From contig JASCQW010000162.1 of NCBI GenBank assembly GCA_030264375.1, positions 38,349,430 through 38,407,108 on the forward strand: DNA of 57,679 nucleotides. The letters run 5' to 3'. Position 1 is the first letter of the stretch; each line of letters starts with the position of its first letter. The DNA comes from Carcharhinus longimanus. Taxonomy: Eukaryota. The position numbers and the translations under genes are program-made. The notes under the pieces are model-generated. The model was given only the letters and a program-made list of their open reading frames with translations. It did no database searches and was not told the origin of the DNA. Positions 1 through 12,799 of the stretch are shown here, piece after piece.

Positions 1-195
1 CTCGGCAGATCTGACAACATCTGTAAGGAGAGAAATGAGCTGATAGTTCGAGTCCAGATAACCTTTTGTCAAAGCCTTCTGGTTCTAGACTCAATGTCAA
101 CTCTTTTCTCTCCTTACAGATGCTGCCAGACCAGCTGAGATTTTCCAGCATTTTCTCTCTTGGTTTCAGATTCCAGCATCTGCAGTAATTTGCTC
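1..195. mobile_element. Palindromic Penelope-type terminal repeat relic
   Basis: Inverted arms catctgtaaggagagaaa / tttctctccttacagatg followed by a ttttccagcattttct...cagcatctgcagtaatttgct tail; related half copies near 2825-2870, 18465-18556, 38715-38810 and 41490-41555. Confidence 0.6.
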
Positions 196-407
196 TTAAT
201 AGAATTCATGATGTCTTTGATCATTTTTGCACAGTTGAATAGGTTCTAGCTACCCATTTTTCAGTAATGAATGGAACACAATGAGAAAAAATATAAAATT
301 AGAGTAGAAAAGGAAAAGAGGAACTTACGACATTAAAAATAAAGCATTGAAGAAACTTGTACTTCAGTTTGTAATCACAGCCAGGAACATAATAAATCTT
401 GCAAACC

Positions 408-592
408 GTAGAATCCCTACAGTGCAGAAGGAGGCCATTCAGCCCATTGAGTCTGCATTGACTCAGAATTTTACCCAGGCCCACCCCTCTGCCCTGCCCA
501 ATCCCCGTAACCCTTAATCCACTTTATCTACTCAACTTGGGACACCTAAGGGCAATTTAGCAAGTCAATCCACCTAACTTTCACATCTTTGG
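408..592 (-). mobile_element. HE1-like shark V-SINE, partial
   Basis: tagaatccctacagtgcagaaggaggccattcagccc...atccacctaac...cacatctttgg, shared with the other SINE copies. Confidence 0.75.
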
Positions 593-1324
593 CATATATT
601 ATCTGCCATTGATGTTTTTAAATGCTTTGTGAGCCAATTGTTTGTAGGTGTGTTTAGCTTTTTCCCGTTTGCAAAAGAAAAATCCCAGGGGACAATTTGT
701 ACATGAACAGATGTTCCACTCTTAGTAAATCACACTAAGAGTGTTAGATATGTAAGGATGAGTTGGGCTGTTTAATTTGTCCTTCCTCCAAGAAATTCTG
801 TTCTCTTGACCCCGGAGTGAAAATTCAGACCTTACTTGCATCTACTGCTGGTGTAGGCCCAACTCTGACACGCCAGATGAAAGCCCTGGAACTCTCTTCC
901 TAACAGTACTTACTTATCTTGATCACACAATCTGGAACTAAGATACTTTATCAGAAATCATCTTTCAGAGCAACATAGTTCTTAGGGAGACCATCGCCGC
1001 ACTATAAAACATAGTTTTTCGTTAAAACCCCATGGACTGTTTCTGCTCCAAATCAGGAGGTTGTGTGGCTTGTGGGGAACATGAGGCGATGGTATTCTCA
1101 TTTATCTTTCAGATGAAACATAAAACAGAGAGCAGATGGTGCCTCTATGTGCAAATTGGCTACTGCGCTTGGTAAATCACAACAGTGATGACACTTCTAA
1201 AGAATTTCATTAGCTGTGAAGTCCTTTGAGACATTTGGTAGCTGTGAAAAACACTACATAATGTAGTCTTTCTTTCAATTTGGAAAGTAAAAAGAGGAGA
1301 GGAGATTCCCAAGCCGGGAATCTG

Positions 1325-1555
1325 TGTTCGATTCCCGGCTTGGGACACTGTCTGTGCTGAGTCTGCACATTCTTCCCATGTCTGCGTGGGTTTCCTCCCA
1401 CAGTCCGAAAGATGTGCTGGTTAGGTGCATTGACCATGCTAAATTCTCCCTCAGTGAACCCAAACAGGTGCCAGAGTGTGGCAGCTGGAGGATTTTCACT
1501 GTAACTTCTTTGCAGTGTTAATGTAAGCCTATTTATGACATTAATAAACTTTAAG
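1325..1555 (+). mobile_element. tRNA-derived V-SINE, 5'-truncated, alternative 3' tail
   Basis: B box gttcgattcc, core tctgcgtgggtttcctcccacagtccgaaagatgtg, tail ...gtaagcctatttatgacattaataaacttt. Confidence 0.8.
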
Positions 1556-2045
1556 AGTAGTATTGCATGTTATCTATGAAACAGCTTTCCCGAAGTTCCT
1601 TTCCATTTATTTCCAGGAGAGAAGTTTTATTAGCTGAGTAGGTGGGAGATTCAGAATTGATGGAATAGAGTGAGGTGAAATTTCATCATCTTTAAAATTT
1701 TTCAACATCTGGATCAAAAGCATGTCTTGACCCAATGGTGATAGCATGGCAATGCTAATGTACAATAAGCGGCTCATTTGGAGGCTGCTTCTGCGGTTGC
1801 CATCAAATTAAGGATGGTGGGCGGGTTCCTGAGGTAGGAGGCCCAAGCAGAGAGCCTGAAGCTTTGAAGGTCTGGCAAACCCACAGTAAGAGGTGGGCAG
1901 TGCTGATGCATGTCGGGCACCTTGAGGATGCCTCATAATGGAGGAACTCTCTGAAGCATTCAGAAAGCATTTTTCAGGGCCACAGCTATTAGGCCATCAA
2001 CATAATGGGAGAACTGTGTTGGTGCCCCCCCTGACAAGATTCCTT

Positions 2046-2350
2046 AGTAAGAAGTCCCACAACACCAGGTTGAAGTCCAACAGGTTTATTTGGTAGTAAA
2101 CACCACTAGCTTTTGGAGCGCTGCTCCTTTGTCAGGTGAGTGGGGGGTTTTGATCACAAACAGGGCATATAAAGGTGCACACAGTTTATAGAATACTTGT
2201 TTGTGATCAGAACTCCCCACTCACCTGACGAAGGAGCAGCGGTCCGAAAGCTAGTGGCATTTACTACTAAATAAACCTGTTGGACTTTAACCTGGTGTTG
2301 TGAGACTTCTTACTGTGATTATCCCAGTACAATGCTGGCATCTCCACAAG
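2046..2350 (+). mobile_element. Penelope-like element terminus as inverted pair (antisense + sense pLTR) with TSD
   Basis: ~117-bp inverted arms 2046-2162 / 2198-2314, ~35-bp unpaired 3' tail, flanking direct repeat aagattccttag (2036-2047) / aagattcctcag (2351-2362). Confidence 0.8.
2221..2257 (+). ncRNA. Minimal type-I hammerhead ribozyme motif
   Basis: tcac-CTGACGA-a-ggagc agc ggtcc-GAAA-gc-TA-gtgg: intact CUGANGA and GAAA boxes, stem II with one mismatch, AGCU palindrome instead of helix III, UH site, short stem I. Confidence 0.65.
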
Positions 2351-3123
2351 AAGATTCCTCAGAGCAGCAAATGTATTGTCCAGTTGACGCAATGCACTAA
2401 TTTTCAGGTTTCCTTCTGGTCCTGCGTGAGGATTCCGTCCCTTGCAAGAGGGCTTAATTCTAGGTGACAGGTTACGTAGGCAGTTGTCATTACAAATGTT
2501 AAGATAGGAGTTTACACTGAAAATTGATGCAAAAATTGTAACAGAACTTGGCAAGGAAGTAGGTATGTGGACCAGAAGTGTTCCCAGCTAAAGATTTTTT
2601 ATATATTACCATGATCACTGGCTAGTTAGCTGAGATGGCAAGTGTTTGGTTCCGAATAACACCAATAGTGCAGTGCTTGGTCCCCATTCTGACCAAGGTA
2701 GTCTTGAGGCCTGCCATTTTGCCTGGCCCTGCTTGTAAAATCATGGCGTACATCATAGTTTGTTGACCCTTGAATAACCTACAAGAGAAGAACCACATTC
2801 AAATGAAACCAAACATATAAATATTTTAAATAGAATATGCTGGAAATATTCAGCAGATCAGGCAACAAATGTGAAGTTAGCAGCCTAAGTCTGGAATCTT
2901 ATCATCGTTCACACCGGTGGGATTGTCCCATTCTGCTGCAGGGAAAAGAGATTTGGCTGGCTGCCAAATTCTCCAATCGCCCTGCAGCAGCGGTGTAGCA
3001 TGATCGGCCGGTAAGCTCGTGCCTATATAGACCTTCTTCAGCCTGTACCTAGCATTCTCGTCTGTTTTACACTGGAGTGTGACCTGATCTGCAACAACAT
3101 TTCCAATATTTGAAGCTTGAAGG

Positions 3124-3400
3124 GTGGATTCTCTAGATGAGGAAGTGGAGGGATGGGTTAGTAAGTTCGCCGATGACACGAAGGTCGGTGGTGTTGTGGA
3201 TGGTCTGGANNNNNNNNNNNNNNNNNNNNNNNNNNNNNNNNNNNNNNNNNNNNNNNNNNNNNNNNNNNNNNNNNNNNNNNNNNNNNNNNNNNNNNNNNNN
3301 NNNNNNNNNATGGATTGGTAGGTGTTGATGTGATCGGCGCAACTTGTGGGCCGAAGGGCCTGTTTGTGCTGTAGTGTTCTATGTTCCATGTTCATATTCT
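3124..3400 (+). mobile_element. CR1 (HER1-like) LINE 3' fragment spanning a gap
   Basis: LDEEVEGWVSKFADDTKVGGVV (RT FADD motif), then 3' UTR gggccgaagggcctgtttgtgctgta and gttctat repeats. Confidence 0.9.
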
Positions 3401-6400
3401 CAGCATCTAAAACATTTTTCTTTTTGTTCATGTGAACACTTTGCCTCACTTTATCTAGTGTTTTACTTTAACTTGAGATCTAACTTACAATTATCACACA
3501 TCTTTTGAAAATTTTTCATTAAGTTTCGTGCAATATATCTTTCCCTCATCCTATAGTGCCATCTCTAATTTTACAGAACATAATACCATTAGCAGTCCGT
3601 TGATTGTAATGCACCACCTTTTGATGGTGTTATAATCAAAAAGCATAATCTGAAATCTATTTTTAAAAGAATGGCTGAAAAATAATTACCACTATTCTTT
3701 TCAACCAGAAATGTCCGAAGTCTAAATATTAAAGTTGCTTCCAATGAATATAGCACGATTAATATTTGAAACAAATTTTAGGCTTCAAGCATGAAGTCAC
3801 TGCTATCAATTACATTTAGTGCCAGGGATCTTACAGATCCCAGAGAAGATAATTTGTCACCTTGGAATTAAAATTCCAAAAGATCCTCGGTTTATTGGAA
3901 TCCAAATGTGTTCTGGACAGATGAGATCCTGAATTCGTTGCATGCTGAGGATCCCACTCTCAGTGCTGGCTGCCCTGATCCGAGGCAGAGCATTTTCCCC
4001 ACAGCAAGTGAGATAAAACTGGAAAGTCTGTCAAACTGAACTGCAATTGTATACCAAATCTCTGACTATTATAGAGTTAGAGATTTGGAGGCAGGAAAGA
4101 GGGATGTGTGTTGGTAGTAGGTAAGAAGACTCTATACAACACAGAATTCCTTCTTTAAAGATAAATGTAAAGTTTATCTGAGGCAAATGATGGGGAAAAT
4201 AGAAGCATTTTGGATGTTTCCTTGCTCTAAGTTGAGCAAATGGTAGGAGTTTGCCAACAGTAGTAAAATCAGTTTATATTACTGCAAATCTTCCATGATT
4301 ATCTCCATTTGGAAGGGCTGATTTTCACAAATTTGCTCCCAATAAGCACTGCTTTTTCCCAGCTATTAAGGTCAGGAAAGCTGGGAATAGGCTTGTTTCC
4401 CTTAGTTTCTGCCCTTTTTATGTAATACCAAGAATTCTGCTCTCTTAAAATTTGTTCATAGGATGTTGCCATCACTGGCCAGCATTTGCTACCCATCCCT
4501 ACATGTCCATGAGAAGGTGATAGTGCAACCCCAGAACAAGGATGGAAGCTGCTGGGTGTGGAGGCAGGCTGGGCAGAAGGTCTGTGTACCAGCACTTTGT
4601 TGAAGATTTTAAAAGCATTAAAATAAAAAACAGCTCTCTAGCCCTCACTCTCCATGGCCATTCCATACCCTCCTGTGTGACTTAATGCCCTGCATATCCT
4701 TCATGCTAACTTATGTTCCTCCACCTAACCTACATGGCCTTTATGTCAACTAATGCCCACCATCCTTTGCACCTGACAATTCACCCAGTATTGACGGGCA
4801 AACTTCAAGAGCCATGCTGAGATTAAAATAAGCTCCTTTGTTTATAGCAGACTTTTAAAAAAATAATATTAACCCATTTACATGCCTGCAACTATATTAT
4901 CCCTTATAGGAACAGACATCTGATTTCTAAAAACAAGCATTAGAATTCATACTCCTGCTTAAAAATATTTATGAACCATTTGGAGCAGTGAAATGGAAGA
5001 CACCACACTGTGATAATGGAAGGTTGTGAAATCAATCATGCAGCATAAATCCAGTAATGATAATCCTCTGGTTTACTTCAACAGGGAGTGAAATAACAAA
5101 ACAGTGTTTGTTACAATTCCGGAGTTTTTTTCAACATTTAAAAGGGAATAAATTTTAAATGCCTTGATAGCTTGACAGTTGGTTTTTATAGTTCTTCTTG
5201 ACAGGTGTTCTGACAGCTCTTTTGATAGTTCTAATAAATTTGTGTACTTTAATGCACATTCAGGACCATGTTTATCAGTTCCAAAGTCACCTTACTTCTC
5301 CTAAAAGTGTCCTGGGGCCATATCCAAAGGCATATCTTATCTCTCCAGCTCAGAACTTATTTGAAGATTTAAAATCCATTAAAAACAGCCCTCACTTCAC
5401 ATCCAATCCCACACCGCCCCATTGTCTTGCATACCCCACGTGCCAACCTGTGTCCCTCCACCCAACCCCGATGGTACCCAGCCTTGCCAAAGAACTCCCC
5501 AAAGGTTAGACCTGCTTCTACAAGATCTAATCTGCACAAATGTGTTTCACACTGCTGGCTAACGAAAGTCAGAAATGACTAGAAGCAGCTGCTGTTTTAT
5601 ATGCAAAGCTGCCCCCATGAAACATGCATATGCCAATCCTGACCTAGGCCCATTCTTGCCACAGTGAAAATGATAGGTGCCATGTTTGGAGGCGAACTTC
5701 TGTATTTCAGCCTCATCCACAATTTTAGCCAAGAAGAAGCAGCTTACCATCTTTGTGAAAATTTAGGCCTATGTGCCCCAATTTCCTGTCTCATTATCTT
5801 TGAAAAATACCAGTGAAACATGGCAATGTGGTGTACCCCATATTATTGGTAACAGTCTAAGTGCCAGGTTGAAGACCATTTGGAAAATTATTAATTTTAT
5901 TTACTTCATCCCAAAGATTTTTGAAAATAAATGCTGGTAGAATATCAGCTGGGGCAAGATTTTACCTCGTTCAAAACCCATTCCCTTACACAAAGTTAAA
6001 ATCAAGCACCTTGAATCTGAGGATCCCAGTCTGAGGTTAATGTGCACCTGTCCCATCAACATGTGCTGAAGTTGCTTCAGGAAATCTTAGACTTAGATAA
6101 GAACAGGAGACTTTGAACACATTGTTTCTGCCTAGTTATTGGGAAGAATGGGATAGGAAAGTGTTTTCTTAATTACTATAATGCTGGTAAATGTGACTAT
6201 TTTGAGAATTCCACTGTTCAGAGGAAACAATTGGGCTATCTGGAGTTGTTTTTTATATATTTATTCAGAAAGCTATAAGACACCTTTTGGTATCACTGGT
6301 ATTGGATCTTGATATAGCCATCTTCATTGTTATCTTAAAATGGATAGAAAAGCACTAATTGTTTTTTTGTAATATGTAACCTTGGGCTTGATAACATCTT

Positions 6401-6899
6401 TTCTACATGAACCAGTCTTCCCCATCTCTAAGAGATAAAGTAGTTAATGCAAATCATCTAGCAAAAGTGATTTTATTTATTTTGTTGCATGTAACATTAT
6501 CTTTAAATCTAATAAACTTCCTTTTTCTTTGAACCTTTAAAAGCAAACTTTAGCTTACTAAAGGAGAACAGGAACTTTTGAGGTTTAGTTCATTAAATTC
6601 ATTAACCATGCTGTTTAGATCTAGTAGATTTTTCAGTACAACTGCATTCCTAGTATTTCATCGTGTATATACTTTGGTCCAGATCTAGCCTATAGAGAAA
6701 TAGTGAAGTGTTTTATTGCTCATTTGTCTTCATATGGGGAAGAAGTGTAGCTATAGTTCTGTAAACTACAGGAGCTAAAGTAGTTTACTGTTTTATCTTG
6801 GCTACTGCTTAACTGTTTATTCTTAATGAAACAGTGTAGATATAATTTCAGGCACACATCTTGCAGAAATCCAGACACTCTTGGTTAAAGAAGAAATGA

Positions 6900-7204
6900 T
6901 AAAATCCCTACAGTACAGGAGGCCACCATTTTATCCACTGAGTCTGTACCAATACAATTCCACCCAGGCCCTACTCCAGCAACCCCACACATTTATCCTG
7001 TTAATCCCCTGTTACTAGGGTCAACTTAGCATGGCTAATTAACCTAATATGCACATCTCTAGACTGTGGAAGGAAACCGGAGTACCCGGAGGAAACCCAC
7101 GCAGTCTTGGGGAGAAAGTGCCAACTCCACACAATGACCCAAGCTGGGAATCGAACTAGGTCCCTGGTGCTGTGAGGCAGCAGTGCTAATCACTGTGCCA
7201 GCCC
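6900..7204 (-). mobile_element. HE1-like V-SINE
   Basis: tRNA-like head (tggcacagtgattagcactgctgcctcacag) and V-domain core ggtttcctccgggtactccggtttcc on the minus strand. Confidence 0.85.
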
Positions 7205-7934
7205 ATGATGAACTCTTTTTAAATTACATGCCAGTTATACATCTGTTGACCTTGAAATGATATTGTTGTAAGTTGTATGCCTGGATGTGATATATTTATT
7301 CATTCAGTGCATGCAAGCTGGATATGATGTTAAACTGTTTGGGCTTTCTAGATTGAACAATTAAATAAATTATACAGTGCAAAAATGAGAAGGAGGTGAA
7401 ATTGGTCAATGCCTCCTGGACTAAAATGGGCTGATAACAAAATGGTAAACCACTTTACAGAACTTCCAATTTTCTTTCCCTGTGATTTGGGAATGTGTAA
7501 CTCATTTATTAACACGACACCAATATTGGGTATTGTAGCAAGCCTGGTGCTTGTACCGCTGGGACTGTTTAGTTTTCTGGATATGCGTTGAGCCCTTTTC
7601 TGAGAATAAAGATATTATCAAATAATGGCTTATGGTCTGGAAAACAAATGTTTCATTAAGGATAAACAGTTAAGTAGTAGCCAAAATTAAACAGTAGATT
7701 AATCTAGCTCCCTATGGGTTACAGAACTGTATCTACACTTCTTCCCCATATGAAGACAAACAAGCAATAAAGCACTTCACTATTTCTCTGTAGGCTAGAT
7801 CTGGATCAAAGTATATATACGATGAAATACTAGAAATGCCGTTATATCCAAAAATCTACGTATCAATCATTACAGCAATAACTGTGTCACAATTCAAACA
7901 AATCCTTTCAGGCACACCATCAATGTTCAATTGA

Positions 7935-8650
7935 ATATTATTGAAAAGAAAAAACAGTTGCTGAAGCTTTTCATTTTGCAGTCATTAGGACAAATGTGAG
8001 AAAACCAAATTTCAAACAATCATAAGAATTTATAATACAGGAGAAAAGAGTATGAATTTGTTGGCAAATCAACTCTGGCCATGGCATTGCTATGGAGGTC
8101 CAAAAGTGGCAACCTTTGGCTTACTTATGGGTTTGTGCAATACACATCAAACAATGATCTAATCTGGATATCCATTGACCTGCAGGATAACTTTGATATG
8201 CCCTATTTCTGAGTCAAGCTTGCAAGGTGAGCAAATGGCTATGGGCCCTATTTACAGGATTGATTTTACAATTTGCATGTCGAGGAAAGGGAGTATGTTA
8301 GATACTCCATCTCAAATTTACATTTACAACCAATTTGAGACAATAAGTTATGCTTGTACGTGGCTCATTTACGTTTGCTGGAAGTGACCTGGTCTCAAAA
8401 AATAAGAACATATTCAAGCCTTGTGCCTATTTTGAATTCCAGGGAGCTTGGGGAGCTGAGAGTTCTCCTTTGGCTGGGGTGTTGCCATGGAGAAAGCAAT
8501 CAGAATTGGCTTAGAAACAAATCAGCACAGCTTTTCTCCTGAAGTATTGTGATCATTTGAAATTTGGTGTTCTTGTGCTTGCAAGGTGAAAAGCTTTGGT
8601 GACAGGTTTCTCTCTTTACAGAAATAATCTGTATTACCAAGCAATTATTG
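7935..8650. mobile_element. Old Penelope-like element relic with inverted termini and GIY-YIG C-terminal remnant
   Basis: Degenerate inverted arms (~7935-8100 vs ~8470-8640); frameshifted VAHLRLLEVT...KEHIQALCLF* at 8354-8435; decayed hammerhead on the minus strand at ~7957-7995. Confidence 0.6.
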
Positions 8651-8728
8651 TACTGCCTAATTCCTATTTGCAGTCATTCATTGTTGAAAAAATGCATTAT
8701 GGGCCTGACTTGCACCTCTGTACTAATT

Positions 8729-8994
8729 ATAGAATTCCTGTAGTATAGAAGGAGGCCATTCAGCCCATCAAGTTTGTACTGAGCACAATTCCACCTAGAC
8801 CCTATTCCCACAACCCCACACATTTAGCACGGCCAATCAACCAGTCAATCGACTGTGGAAGGAAACCGGAGTACCCAGAGGAAACTTGCACAGACACGGC
8901 GAGAATGGGCAAACTCCACACAGACAATGACCCGAGGCCAGAATTGAACTCAGGACCCTCGCACTGTGAGGCAGCAGTACTAAACTGTACGCCC
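8729..8994 (-). mobile_element. HE1-like V-SINE
   Basis: Same head, core and tail as the other copies. Confidence 0.85.
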
Positions 8995-10289
8995 TTGGAC
9001 TTTTGGTGGGACATCATTCTGCCTGTCTGTGTTTCTGTTTTTATTGGAATTTTGGATCATGAGTAAAAGGAGTGACAACTTGGTGAAACCAAATACTTCC
9101 TTCATCATACAGATTGCCTAATCTTTATGCTTTTAAAAAGCAATTTCAGGGTTCATTTTTCAATAGTATATGTGAGCAAAACTTCTTTAGGGTCTGGTTG
9201 AGCCAATGTCATTTATTAATGCACCAGTATAACACTGTTTGACCTAGATGCTGGACTGCCAGGAAATATAATTAGATTAAGATTTTAATTAATAAAATTT
9301 CAATTTATAACTGTACCACAGCCTAATTAATTAACTGAAGAATTAGCAAATTAATAGTTTTAATAAGAAGATTTCTACTTTTATACAAATCTGATGAATT
9401 GTTAAGAAAGCATTGCTCTTCTGAATGGGGTTTGATCATTATTTTCATGTGGTGGAGAAAACATATTTTAGTAAAGTTCTAACCGTAATGGATGTGAGTT
9501 TAGATATTTGTAATTTGCTTTCTACATTTGTTATTTAGAATGGAAAGGGAGTTGGCTGACCTTTTATCTACATCCTTGTGTAATCTTGCTAAGCAGTTTC
9601 GTAGCTTTGAGGTTACAAATAGCACATCGGTGAACTTTCCTCTATATTCAGCAGTGGTCAGCTGACTTCTATACTTTGTGGCAGCTAAACAATTGCATGG
9701 GGACTGACTGTTCACCCACTGAGGAAGGAAACATTTAGAATTGGTTGCACATTTAATGTATGTTTGCAGTATAATGTTACTTATGATAAAGCATGGCACA
9801 ATGTGTTGAATATAAACATAGTCCCAAACACTTATTGGAAGATCATTCACTGTGGAAAGAAAATTTGTCTAATGAAAACAAAATGGACTTGAGCAATATT
9901 AAGGACCCACTTTCCCTCTGTGGGGCAAATATGCCTCAAACAATACATTTACATTATAAACCTGAATTGCATGAGTTGGTGTGACTATCTGCCCAATTAC
10001 CTAAAAAAAAAGCAAATTATTTTTTATGCAAGTGCTATTCAACAGAATGGTGTAAAATTTCTACAAAAGGATGCCTGCAAAAAAACAGACACTTGCTGAC
10101 CAACCCTTATATTGTAATAGATGCAATTAATTATAATAGACACATTTTGAAAGCACAGATGCTCACAAATTATGACAGTCAATCTTCAATGTACCAAAAC
10201 AGAATGGCATTGATTTCTTTGCCTAGGATCACTTCTCTATCTCTGGAATTAAATGCTTTTTAAAAAACATATATTCATTCACAGGGTGT

Positions 10290-12000
10290 GAGTGTCACCA
10301 GCTAGGCCAGCATTTTTACCCAACCCGAACTGCCTTTGAGAAAGTGTCTTTTTTTTTAAGTAAGTACACCCATGGTGCTGTTAGTAAAGGAGTTCTAGGA
10401 ATTTGACCTAGTGACAGTGAAGGATCAACAATGGAGTTCCAAGTCAGAATGGTGTGTGGCTTGGAGGGGAACTGGCACGTGGAGGTGTTCACGTGCATCT
10501 ATTGCCTTTTTCCTTCTAACTGGTAGAAGTTGCAGGTTTCAAACGTGTTGTTTAAGCAGCCTTGATGAGTTGCTGCTGTGCATTTTATATGCAGTACATG
10601 TTGCTGCCACTGTATATTGGTGGTGGTGGGAGTGAATGCTTAAGGTGGTGGACGGGATGCCAGTCATGCAGGCTGTGTTGTCCTGCATGGTATCCAACTT
10701 CTTAGGTGTTGTTGGAGCTGCAGTCATCCAGGCAAATGGAGAGTATTCCATCACACTCTAACTTGTGCCTTGTAGATAGGCTTTGGGGAATCAGGTGGTG
10801 AGTTACTTACTGCAGAATTCTAGCCTCTGACCTGCTCTTGCAATCACAGTTTTGATTTGGCTGGTTCTGTTCGGTTTCTGGTCAATGATAATCCCTGGGA
10901 TTATGATGGTGGGAGATTCAGCATTGGTAATGCCATTGAATGTCAAGGAGAGATGGTTGGGTTCTCTCTTGTTGGAGATGATCATTGCCTAGCTTTTGTG
11001 TGGCATGAATGTTGCTTGCCATTTATCAGCCCCAGCTTGAACATTGTCCAGGTCTTGCCACATACGGACACAGCCTCAGTGTCTGAGTCATGAATGGTGC
11101 TGAGCATTGTGAAATCATCAGCCAACATCTTTAATTCTGACTTTATGATGGAGGGTGATCCTTGATGAAGCAACTGAAGATGGTTATGCCTAGGACACTC
11201 TGAGGAATTCCTGCACTGATGTCTTGGGACTGAGATGATTGACCTCAAAACCACAATTGCCATTGTGCTCCATACGATGCCAATCATAGGAGCGCTTCCC
11301 CCAGATTCCCATTGACTCCAGTTTTGCTAGGGCTCCTTGATGCCATACTTGATCAAATGGCCTTGATGTCCAGGGCTGCCACTCTCACCTCACTTCTGGA
11401 ATTCAGCTCTTTTCTCCATGTTTGAACTAAGGCTGTAATAAGATCAGGAGCTGAATGACCCTGGTAGAACCCAGATTTGAGTGTCATTGAGCAGATTATT
11501 CCTTTGCAACTATAGCTTGACAGCACTGCTGATGACCCATTCCATTGCTTTGCTGACAATCGTGAGTAAACTGCTGGGGCAGCAATTAGCTGGGCTGGAT
11601 TTGTCCTGCTTTTTATCTACAGGACATATCCTGGCAATTTTTCACATTGCTGGGTAGATGCCAGTGTTGTAGTTGTACTGGAAGAGCTTGGCTAGGGGTG
11701 CGGCAAGTTCTGGAGCACGTGTCTTCTGTACTATGGTCAGTTTATCATCAGGTCCCTATGCAGCATCCAGTGCCTTCTGCCATTTCTTGATAACACTTTG
11801 AATTGAATCCAGTGATGAAGACTGGCATGTGTGATGCTGGGGATCTCTGGAAGAATAAATCGGTTAGACTAAAACCTGGCGTTGTCAGACTTTTTACTGT
11901 GTTTACGATCTTTGGAAGAGGCAGAAATGGATCATCCACTGAGCACTTCTGGCTGAAGGTGATTTCAAATGTTTCAGCCTTGTTTGTGCTGATGTGCTTG
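10290..12000 (-). mobile_element. Degenerate non-LTR retrotransposon (CR1-group LINE), RT plus 3' end
   Basis: Frameshifted RT motifs across ORFs: GFYQGHSAPDLITAL, VRVAALDIKA, MLADD, LTFNGITNAESPTI, MEYSPFAWMTAAPTTPKKLDTMQD. Confidence 0.85.
11855..11906 (+). mobile_element. 52-bp Penelope-type 3' tail inserted in the LINE, with 13-bp TSD
   Basis: Similar to 2270-2320; flanked by gatctctggaaga (11842-11854) and gatctttggaaga (11907-11919). Confidence 0.7.
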
Positions 12001-12799
12001 CATAATTCTATCCCAGGGCTAGAGCCTGTGGATTCTGGAAAGAGAACTCTCCGCTTCATAAGAACCCAAGAACTGCATTGGAACGACTGCGCTCTCTCGA
12101 AATTGGGCATGGGTTATTAAACTAAAGATTATTACTGCATGAGATCCTTTGCCACGTGTGACTATTGAAGTTAAGAGTAATATTTAATATGAAAGAGAAG
12201 GGGAGAAAAAGGGGAATATAAGAGGATGTGATAGTGGCAGCATAAATTGCCAGCAGTGGTTGGAACTGCACCCTCCCTTCAGAATTGTAGTGCCTGGCTT
12301 TCTCTCTTTCCCTGCTTATGGTGTGACTTCCTGATATTGGAACTTCTCACACAACAATGCAGGGGGGTCAATGTTGCAGATTCCAGAATCAGAACATCCT
12401 TCCCTCAGCGTAAAACGAATTCAGGATTGTAATAACTGGGAAATTTCAACAACCAGAAAATGAGCTGAAATCACATCCCACTGGTAGGGATTCAGAATTA
12501 GTCATCATCCCAGGTGAGAACAAGAAATAAGAAGGAATGCTGCAAAAGATCCAGCCAGTCCTGGAGTATATACATACAAAGATCATTTTGAAATTCAAGC
12601 TCCTTTGGTATTCAGAATTAATGGGTTTCACAGTTCATAACCTCAGCCTCCCTAACTACTATTCCATAACAAAGCTTCTCATCTTATTCGAATCAAGATA
12701 ATTGTAGGGATGCCAAATTTCAAGCTTATACCAAAAGGAATACATTCAAACTTCACAATTTTTTTTCAAATTCATGGGAAGCCTACAATTTCCCATTGT

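Noticed and set aside
2877-3449. Long ORFs spanning N runs (also 30662-31228, 32405-32812)
   Set aside because: Length is an artefact of gaps translated as X.
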